DNA of 64,000 bases from NCBI GenBank assembly GCA_965370045.1, contig CBDUSI010000003.1, positions 11,256-75,255 on the forward strand, given 5' to 3'. Origin of the DNA: an uncultured bacterium. Its GTDB lineage: Bacteria; Planctomycetota; SZUA-567; JAKLDR01. The notes beneath the pieces were generated by a model, which saw only the letters and a list, made by a program, of their open reading frames with translations, was not told the origin of the DNA and made no database searches. The position numbers and the translations under genes were made by a program. This document shows, piece by piece, positions 57,250-64,000 of the stretch (position 1 is its first letter; every line of letters begins with the position of its first letter).

Positions 57250-58193
57250 GGTTCGGGCTGCTCCTTCCGGCCGCGCTGCTCGTCGCGGGCCTCGCCGCCG
57301 GTTGCGGGGACGGCGACGCTCCCGAGAAGAAACTCAAGAACCTGACGGTGTTCCACGCCGGGGGGCTCACCCCGGTCCTGGAGGCGGTCCGCAAGCCCTG
57401 CGAGAAGGAGCTGGGCATCAAGCTGCGCACCGAGGCCTCCGGCAGCCAGGTGGCCTGCCGCAAGATCGCCGAGCTGGGCCGGAAGTGCGACCTGGTCATG
57501 CTCGCCGACGCGGGCCTGGTCGCGAGTCTGCTCAAAGGCAACTGTTCCTGGCGACTGGACTTCGCCAGCGACGAGGTGGTGCTGGCCGTGGGCCAGCGCG
57601 CGCCGCGCGTCGCCGAGGCCGAGAAGGACTGGACGAAAGTGCTGACCGCCGGAAAGGTCAAGCTCGGGCGCGTGGACGAGAACCAGGGGCCCATCGGCTA
57701 CCGGACCCTGATGGTCTGGAAGCTTCAGGAAAAGCTGGGCGCGAAGAACCTGCATGATCGCCTTAGGGCCAAGGGCGGCAAGGTGGTTGATCATGTAGCC
57801 CGGCTTACTCCCTTGCTCAAGTCCGCCGAGATCGACTACGCCTTCGTCTACCGCTCGATCTGCATCGCCCATGACGTCCGCTACATCCGCCTGGAGAAGC
57901 GCGTGAACCTGGGCTCGGCGGACCACGACTACTCCGCGGCAAAAGTAACCTACGGGAAGGCCAGGAAGAAGATAACCGTCAAGGGCGCGCCGATCATCTG
58001 GACCCTGAGCATCCCCGACCGCAGCGCGGACGAGGAGTCCGCGCGGCGCTTCGTGCGCTGGCTGCTGTCCGACAAGAAAAAGCTCCTCGAGAAGCACGGT
58101 TTCCGGCCGCTGGCCCGTCCCCGGTTCCACGGACCGAAGAAGGCCTTCGGCGCCCTCAAGGACTTCGCCGGGAACTCCGGGAAGCTGAAGTGA
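57246..58193 (+). CDS. lipoprotein substrate-binding protein, WtpA/ModA-like (tungstate/molybdate-type oxyanion binding family)
   Basis: ATG overlaps the upstream stop (ATGA). Lipobox GLAAGC. LTVFHAGGLT, EASGS....RKIAELGRKCD, GPIGYRTLM and EIDYAFVYRSI resemble my recollection of archaeal WtpA landmarks. Confidence 0.7.
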   Translation: MRFGLLLPAALLVAGLAAGCGDGDAPEKKLKNLTVFHAGGLTPVLEAVRKPCEKELGIKLRTEASGSQVACRKIAELGRKCDLVMLADAGLVASLLKGNCSWRLDFASDEVVLAVGQRAPRVAEAEKDWTKVLTAGKVKLGRVDENQGPIGYRTLMVWKLQEKLGAKNLHDRLRAKGGKVVDHVARLTPLLKSAEIDYAFVYRSICIAHDVRYIRLEKRVNLGSADHDYSAAKVTYGKARKKITVKGAPIIWTLSIPDRSADEESARRFVRWLLSDKKKLLEKHGFRPLARPRFHGPKKAFGALKDFAGNSGKLK

Positions 58194-59629
58194 AGGAGTA
58201 CTACTCCTCCCGCGCGCGGCTGGCGGTGGTGGCCGGGCTGCTCGGCGCGCACTCGATCGCCTACATCGCCTGCGGGCTTACCGGTTACATAGACCCATTC
58301 GAGTTCTTCAACGTGCTGCTGCTGGCTGGCAACTTCCTCATCGGGGCGGTCCTCTTGCGCGGGGAGCATGACCTGCTCCTCGGCGGGGGGACCATGCTCC
58401 TGGTGGCCGCGCACGGCTTCGTCGGGCACCGCCTGGCGCCCCAGGCGCTGGACAGCGGCGCGCTGCTGATGGTCAGCATCATGGTGCTCTACGTGGGGGT
58501 CAAGGTCAACACCCTGCTCCCCGCCAGATACTGGTACGCGCTGGTGATCAGCTACCTGCTGCTCTTCTTCATTTTCGTGGAAATCAACTGGGCGACGCTC
58601 TTCCCGAAGCTGGGAGAGATGGGCATCACCAGGACCGGCATCGCCAACGCCGTGCCCCTGCTCCTGCTCTTCCTGCTGGGCCTGGCGGCCTGCGCGCGCT
58701 CCTTCCGGCTGCTGGCCTACTTCTGGGCCATCGTCATCAGCTTCACCTTCTGCCAGCCCTACGCCTGGGAGGCGGTGCTCATCGCCTTCTTCTCGCTCAC
58801 CGCGGTCTTCAGCGCGCGGGGCCGGGCGCCATCTCGCACGGCGATCGTCTTCCTGTCCTGCGGGCTGGCCCTGACCTTCCTGGTGCTCTTCCCGGTGGTG
58901 GCCATCGTGCGCAGTGAGAGCCTGCACAGCATGAAGTTGGTCGTCGAGGACCCCGGATTCCGAAAGGCGGTGTGGACCACCCTGAAGACCGCCACCTTCT
59001 CGACGCTCTTCCTGGTGGTCTTCACCGTCCCGCTGGCCTACGCGGTGAGCCGGCTGCGCTTCCGGGGCCGGACGCTGCTGCTCTCGCTGATAGACATCCC
59101 TATCGTGATACCCCAGTCGGTGGCGGCGGTGGCGCTCCTGAGAGTTTTCGGCGAGGAGCAGTTCCTGGGCGAGCTGTTCTCCCGCTACTTCGGGATCAAG
59201 TTCAGCGGCGCGCTGGCGGGCATCTGCCTGGCGCAGGTCTTCGTGGCCATGCCCTTCATCACCCGCAGCGCGGTGGCCGCCTTCGACGCGGTGCCCGAGC
59301 GCCTGGAGCTGGCCGCGCGGACTCTGGGCACCAGCTCCTGGGGCGCCTTCTGGCGAGTCGCCCTGCCGCTGGCCTCGCGCGGGGTGTTCCTCGGCGCGGT
59401 GCTGGCCTGGGCCCGGGCCGCCGGGGAGTTCGGCGCGCTGTGGCTCATCGCCGCGACCCCTCGGACCGCCCCCATGGAGGTCTACTACAAGTTCCATAGC
59501 GACGGCGTGGTCCAGGCCGCCCCCATGGGCGCGGCGCTGCTGCTGTTCAGCCTGGCCATGTTCTTCCTGCTGCAGTTCGTCTCGCGCACGCTGCCCTCGG
59601 TGCACGGCACGCGGGAGCGACTGCTGTGA
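58190..59629 (+). CDS. ABC permease (ModB/WtpB-like) fused to an extra ~210-aa polytopic N-terminal domain
   Basis: GTG overlaps the upstream stop (GTGA). The C-terminal half is a canonical type-I permease with EAA loop ELAARTLGTSSWGAFWRVALP. The N-terminal half has about 6 additional hydrophobic helices. Confidence 0.8.
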   Translation: MKEYYSSRARLAVVAGLLGAHSIAYIACGLTGYIDPFEFFNVLLLAGNFLIGAVLLRGEHDLLLGGGTMLLVAAHGFVGHRLAPQALDSGALLMVSIMVLYVGVKVNTLLPARYWYALVISYLLLFFIFVEINWATLFPKLGEMGITRTGIANAVPLLLLFLLGLAACARSFRLLAYFWAIVISFTFCQPYAWEAVLIAFFSLTAVFSARGRAPSRTAIVFLSCGLALTFLVLFPVVAIVRSESLHSMKLVVEDPGFRKAVWTTLKTATFSTLFLVVFTVPLAYAVSRLRFRGRTLLLSLIDIPIVIPQSVAAVALLRVFGEEQFLGELFSRYFGIKFSGALAGICLAQVFVAMPFITRSAVAAFDAVPERLELAARTLGTSSWGAFWRVALPLASRGVFLGAVLAWARAAGEFGALWLIAATPRTAPMEVYYKFHSDGVVQAAPMGAALLLFSLAMFFLLQFVSRTLPSVHGTRERLL

Positions 59630-60684
59630 GCGCGCTGCTGGAGCTTCGCGGCCTGCGTCTCGCGCTGGGCGAGTTCCGGCTGGGGCCGCTCTCGCTGGAG
59701 CTGGCCGCCGGGGACTACCTGGTGCTCCTGGGGCCCTCGGGCTGCGGCAAGACCTCCCTGCTCCGCGCGGTGGCCGGCATTTACCCCAACCAGCCGGGGC
59801 AGCTCTTTCTTGAGGGGCAGGACGTCGGCCGGCTGGCGCCGCACATGCGCCGGGTGGGCTACGTCTCGCAGACCGCCGACCTCTTCCCGCACAGGAGCGT
59901 GGCCGCTAATATCGCCTTCGGGCTGAGCTACCTGCCGCTTTCCCGCCCGGAGCGCCGCGAGCGCGCCCGGGACATGGCCGCGGTGCTGGGCGTCGAGGGC
60001 CTGCTGGGGCGCAACCCGGCGACGCTCTCGGGCGGAGAGGCCAAGCGCGTGGCCCTGGCCCGGAGCCTGGTGGTCGACCCCCGGGTGCTGCTGCTGGACG
60101 AGCCGCTCTCCATGCTGGACCACAACGCGCGCCGGCGGATGCTGGACCTCCTGCGAATCGTCCACGACCGGCTGGGCACCGCCACCATCCACGTCACCCA
60201 CGACCGCGAGGAGGCCTGGGCCATGGGCGGCGGCTGCGCGGTGATGGACGCCGGGCGCATCGAGGGCAGCGGGGGCGTCGAGGAGCTCTTCCGCCGGCCG
60301 GCGCGGCGCTTCGTGGCCGAGTTCCTGGGGGGCGAGAACCTGTTCTCCGCGCGCTTCGAGCGCCGCGGCGAGAAGTGCTTCGCGGTCCTGGACTGGGCCG
60401 AGCTCCCACTGGCCGGGACGGTCGACTTCGCGGACGGCTGGGTGCAGATCCGCCCGGAGAGCCTGCTGGTCGCCGGGCCGGAGTGCCCCGAGGCCTTCGG
60501 GGTCACGGTACTCTCGGTCACCGACCGGGGCATCTACCGCGAGATTCGCGCCTCGACCCGCAGCGGGAAGGTCCTGGTCTGTCACGCGGTCATGACCGGT
60601 GAGCGGGTGCCGGCGCCCGGAGAAATGCTGATGATGCGCCTGGCGGACCCGCCCCATGCCATCGAAGGTGAAGGCCATGCCTGA
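59626..60684 (+). CDS. ABC transporter ATP-binding protein with C-terminal TOBE-like domain
   Basis: GTG overlaps the upstream stop (GTGA). GPSGCGKTS, LSGGEAKRVALARSL, LLLDEPLSMLD, and a ~110-aa beta-rich tail. Confidence 0.9.
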   Translation: MSALLELRGLRLALGEFRLGPLSLELAAGDYLVLLGPSGCGKTSLLRAVAGIYPNQPGQLFLEGQDVGRLAPHMRRVGYVSQTADLFPHRSVAANIAFGLSYLPLSRPERRERARDMAAVLGVEGLLGRNPATLSGGEAKRVALARSLVVDPRVLLLDEPLSMLDHNARRRMLDLLRIVHDRLGTATIHVTHDREEAWAMGGGCAVMDAGRIEGSGGVEELFRRPARRFVAEFLGGENLFSARFERRGEKCFAVLDWAELPLAGTVDFADGWVQIRPESLLVAGPECPEAFGVTVLSVTDRGIYREIRASTRSGKVLVCHAVMTGERVPAPGEMLMMRLADPPHAIEGEGHA

Positions 60685-61762
60685 GTGGCTGCGCCGGGTC
60701 GAGGAGTGGATCGAGAGCGCCTCGGCCAACATCAAGTTCGTGGACCAGGCGCTCACCGGCCTGGAGGGCAGCTACGTCGAGCTGCTCACTATTCTGTCGC
60801 TGGGTCTGCTGGCGGTGATTCCCGCGGTGGTCCCCGCCAAGCGCCGGCAGTTCTACCGGCATCTCAACCAGATATTCGGGATCGCCGTCTTCGTATTCGT
60901 GGTCTTCACCTGCCTGGGCGTCTTCGGGATGATCCGCAACTTCCACCGGGGTCTCAGCGAGATCGGCCGCGAGAACATCATCGCGCTGTACTACTGCTCG
61001 GTGCCGGTCACCATACTGACCACCTCCATGCTCTTCGGGCCGACCTTCTGCGGCTGGATATGCCCCACCGGCGCGCTGCAGGAGTTCGTGGGCATGATCA
61101 CCGGCCGGTGGCACCGCGCGCGGCGCAGGGCCGGCTATCCCTTCTCCCGGGGATCGTTGACCATGGCCCTGGGCGTCGCCGGGGTATTCCTGCTGTGGAT
61201 GGCCTACCTCTCGGCCACCCGCATCTTCTTCGTGGAGGACGCCAGCATCTACTGGTCGGAGGTGCTGATCCTCCTGCTCCTGGTGCTGGTCTGGAAGATG
61301 CGCGACTGGGACAAGCGTCTGCGCAGGCTCAGGGTGCTCTCCTTCTGGATCATCGTGGCCGCGGCGGTGGCCAGCATGAGGATCACCTCGCCGGTGCACT
61401 TCGGCTTCAGCAAGGTCTACGACCCGGCCTCGGTGCTGTCCACGGTGATGGTCGCGCTGGCCGCGCTGACCGTGCCCCACGTCTGGTGCCGGTACCTGTG
61501 CCCCTGGCGCGAGGCCATCGCCTGGGCCGGCAAGCACAGCGTGCGCCGCCTGGAGACCGATCATGAGAAGTGCATCCACTGCGGGAAGTGCACCGAGGTT
61601 TGTGGCGTGGAGGCGGTCCTCGACGGGAAGATCGACCCCCACGAGTGCCACATGTGCATGAAGTGCGTGGACATCTGCCCCACCGGGGCCATAAGCGTGG
61701 TGGACAAATGGAGACCTGAGACTTGCGAGTCCGACTGCGAGTCCTGCTCGCCCTCGCGCTGA
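60677..61762 (+). CDS. NapH-type membrane polyferredoxin (copy 2)
   Basis: ATG 60677 (MPEWLRR; track start 60656 is also possible). CGWICP, CRYLCP, CIHCGKCTEVC, CHMCMKCVDICP. Cys-rich tail CESDCESCS. Confidence 0.75.
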   Translation: MPEWLRRVEEWIESASANIKFVDQALTGLEGSYVELLTILSLGLLAVIPAVVPAKRRQFYRHLNQIFGIAVFVFVVFTCLGVFGMIRNFHRGLSEIGRENIIALYYCSVPVTILTTSMLFGPTFCGWICPTGALQEFVGMITGRWHRARRRAGYPFSRGSLTMALGVAGVFLLWMAYLSATRIFFVEDASIYWSEVLILLLLVLVWKMRDWDKRLRRLRVLSFWIIVAAAVASMRITSPVHFGFSKVYDPASVLSTVMVALAALTVPHVWCRYLCPWREAIAWAGKHSVRRLETDHEKCIHCGKCTEVCGVEAVLDGKIDPHECHMCMKCVDICPTGAISVVDKWRPETCESDCESCSPSR

Positions 61763-63213
61763 TCTCCGCTTCGGCGCGGGCGGCCGACACCCTGTGGAGA
61801 TCGCCGCGGGGAGACCCCGCCGGGCGGGCGGTCTGCCGCTGGCCCGCCGACCGGCCCCCACCGGTAGTCAAGGAATGGCACTTCCAGTCCAAACGGGGCC
61901 GCCGCTACAAGATGGGGCTGGCGGTGTGGGCCTCGCCGGCGGTGGCGATAGTCGACGGCCGGCCGGTGGTATTCATCGGCGGCTACGACCAGACCATGCA
62001 CGCGCTGGACCTGACCAGCAAAGAGCGCCTGTGGCGCATCATCACCAACGGCGAGATCGCCGGCCCCCCGGCCGTCGGGCTGGTGGACGGCGAGCAGGTG
62101 GTCTTCTGGGGCTCGGCGGACCGCTTCGTGTACGCCTACTACGCCGACAGCCGCGGGGAGGTCGAGGGCCGCAAGTTCTGGAGGGGAATGCGCGAACTGG
62201 TGAAGTCCACCAGCACCCAGGGCGACGTCAGCCTCTCGGCCCCGCTGCTCCACGACGGGAAGCTGTACATCACCTGCTTCGTCTTCGACCGGGCCATGGC
62301 CCGCAGCCAGCAGAAGGGCTGGCTTTTCTGCCTCGAGATGAAGACCGGCGAGGTGCTCTGGCAGCAGGAGGTCAGCCAGGGGCCGGTGGGGCATCCCGTC
62401 GGGCGGGTCATCGACGGGCGCTTCACGGTGTTCGTGTGCGCGCGCAAGGGACGGCTCCAGGCCTACGACGTTTCGGGGGTCAGGCCCGCGCTCCTCTGGG
62501 ACCACCAGATGCCCCACGAGGTGATGGGCTCGCCGGTCCTCAACCAGAGCGCCGGGAACCCGCTGCTGTTCCTGGGCTCCAAGTTCGGCTACCTTCACGC
62601 CATCGACGCGCGCACCGGGAAGGGCGTCTGGAAGCGCATGTCCGGCAACTGGATCGACAACAGCGCCTGCGTGGGCACGCTCGACGGCGAGGAGCACGTC
62701 TTCGTGGGCTCGCACGACTATAACGTTTACGCCTACCGGGCCGCGGACGGCGAGCTCCGCTGGAAGCGCCACCTGGGCGGGGAGGTCTACACCGCGCCGA
62801 GCTTCTTTCACATGGAAGGCCGGGCGATGGTGACGGTCGCGGCGCTGGACAACCACCTCTACGTGCTGTACGCCGACACCGGCAACGTGGCCACCTCCTA
62901 CTACACGGGCACGCCCATCTGGGACAAGGTCGCCAAGGGCGAGACCCTGTGGGGCTCCTCGGCGGTCTTCGAGGCCGGTGAAGAGACCGCCATCGTGCAC
63001 GGGTCCTTCAACGACTTCGTCTACGTCTACCCGGTGAGCGCCACGAAATACTGCGGGCTGCGCAGCAAGGTCCAGAGCCCCAAGCGGCTGTGGTGGGGGC
63101 TGCTGGTGACCCTGGTGGTCTTCGGCGGGGTGGTGCTGCCCATCGTGCTCAAGCTGCCGGCGCGCGACGGCGGGCGCCGGCCGGGAAAGAAACAGGACGG
63201 CGCAACAGCTTAG
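61723..63213 (+). CDS. exported PQQ-like (BamB-type) beta-propeller repeat protein with C-terminal TM anchor
   Basis: TTG 61723 gives the signal (M)RVRLRVLLALALISASARAA. Repeated blades read ...MHALDLTSKERLW, LFCLEMKTGEVLW, LHAIDARTGKGVW, VYAYRAADGELRW. C-terminal LWWGLLVTLVVFGGVVLPIVL. 40-nt overlap with the upstream gene. Confidence 0.8.
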   Translation: MRVRLRVLLALALISASARAADTLWRSPRGDPAGRAVCRWPADRPPPVVKEWHFQSKRGRRYKMGLAVWASPAVAIVDGRPVVFIGGYDQTMHALDLTSKERLWRIITNGEIAGPPAVGLVDGEQVVFWGSADRFVYAYYADSRGEVEGRKFWRGMRELVKSTSTQGDVSLSAPLLHDGKLYITCFVFDRAMARSQQKGWLFCLEMKTGEVLWQQEVSQGPVGHPVGRVIDGRFTVFVCARKGRLQAYDVSGVRPALLWDHQMPHEVMGSPVLNQSAGNPLLFLGSKFGYLHAIDARTGKGVWKRMSGNWIDNSACVGTLDGEEHVFVGSHDYNVYAYRAADGELRWKRHLGGEVYTAPSFFHMEGRAMVTVAALDNHLYVLYADTGNVATSYYTGTPIWDKVAKGETLWGSSAVFEAGEETAIVHGSFNDFVYVYPVSATKYCGLRSKVQSPKRLWWGLLVTLVVFGGVVLPIVLKLPARDGGRRPGKKQDGATA

Positions 63214-63300
63214 ACCCTTGCGTTCCGGCGGTGTATAGAGATATATACCGGGAGACGCCGCGGACCGGGGAGGGGGGGCGCAGAGCGCCGGGAGGCATCC

Positions 63301-64000
63301 ATGAAGGTTCTCAACTGGGGGGTTCTGGGCACCGGAATGATCGCCGACCGCTTCTCGCGGGGCCTGGCCTCGACGGACCAGGCGGCGCGCTACGCGGTGG
63401 GCTCGCGCGAGAAGGAGCGTGCCCAGGACTTCGCCATGAAGTTCGGCTTCGCCCGGGCCTACGGGAGTTACGAGCAGGTGCTGCGCGACGAGAGCACCGA
63501 CGCGGTCTACATCGCGCTGCCCAACAGCCTGCACGCCGAGTGGGCAACCAAGGCCGCCGAGGCCGGCAAGCACATCCTTCTTGAAAAACCCGCGACGGTC
63601 AACACCGCCGAGCTGGAAGCGGTGCTGGCCACCGCGAAGAAGAACGGGGTCTTCTTCATGGAGGCCCTCATGTACCGCTGCCACCCGCGGATAGCGCGCC
63701 TCAAGGAGATACTCTCCGACGGGCGGATCGGCGAGGTGCGGGTTATTGAGACCAGCTTCGAGATCGACATGGGCTTGAAGCTCGCCAACTACCGCATGAA
63801 GAACGCCATGGGCGGCGGGGCGCTGATGGACCTGGGCTGCTACTGCGTCTCCTTCTGCCGCATGGCCGCCGGCGCCGAGCCGACCGCCGCCCGGGGCGTC
63901 GCCTGCATCGACCCGGCCACCCGCGTCGACTGGCAGTCGGCGGGGCTCATGAAGTTCCCGAGCGGAGCGGTGGCCTCCTTTACATGTGGCAACCAGTGCG
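63301..64000 (+). CDS. Gfo/Idh/MocA family NAD(P)-dependent oxidoreductase (partial, runs off window end)
   Basis: Not in the ORF track because it is open-ended. ATG 63301 gives MKVLNWGVLGTGMIADRF (Rossmann), HILLEKP (EKP motif). I read 233 codons with no stop. Confidence 0.85.
   Translation, partial: MKVLNWGVLGTGMIADRFSRGLASTDQAARYAVGSREKERAQDFAMKFGFARAYGSYEQVLRDESTDAVYIALPNSLHAEWATKAAEAGKHILLEKPATVNTAELEAVLATAKKNGVFFMEALMYRCHPRIARLKEILSDGRIGEVRVIETSFEIDMGLKLANYRMKNAMGGGALMDLGCYCVSFCRMAAGAEPTAARGVACIDPATRVDWQSAGLMKFPSGAVASFTCGNQC

Overview
High-GC bacterial chromosomal window. Lines I hand-counted in ordinary genes are 39/60 to 47/60 G+C. It is almost fully coding: I call 52 protein genes and found no rRNA, tRNA, CRISPR array, integrase or transposase. 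Adjacent genes very often share 4-nt ATGA/GTGA/TTGA stop-start overlaps. Several near-consensus sigma70-type promoters can be read directly and help fix true start codons. Layout: (i) 1-17.3 kb is a surface-glycan locus with the Wzm/Wzt ABC exporter, AsnB, glycosyltransferases, RfbB, an O-antigen-ligase-like protein, a WbaP-like initiating transferase, an ArnT-like GT-C and a NodB deacetylase. (ii) 15.9-20.3 kb is a tightly coupled Zn-ribbon / leuC / three-lipoprotein operon. (iii) 20.3-26.5 kb holds gatB, a roughly 50% G+C two-gene island with divergent consensus promoters, a 580-bp BIME-like array of inverted-repeat elements, and a solitary rplC with a structured leader. (iv) 26.5-38.1 kb is a minus-strand run: GH20, NtrC-type regulator, histidine kinase, GT2, lgt, panC, a folK-deoxynucleoside-kinase fusion, a dapL-like gene and two paralogous ABC-2-like membrane proteins. 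(v) 38.2-51.8 kb is a plus-strand run: HIT, tldD, pmbA, a low-GC RlmJ-like gene, an acyl-CoA ligase, a DSP phosphatase, metG, an M20 peptidase, FapA/DUF342 and a 1025-aa Ser/Thr kinase with PEGA and two FGE domains. (vi) 51.8-63.2 kb is the most unusual part. It is a ten-gene, translationally coupled cluster combining a single-subunit HgdB/double-cubane-type Fe-S reductase, an HgdC-type ATPase, two NapH-type membrane polyferredoxins, a WtpA-like oxyanion ABC importer with an enlarged permease, and three exported proteins including a PQQ-like beta-propeller. I know of no characterised system with this composition. All functional calls come from motif recognition by eye; no database search was possible.
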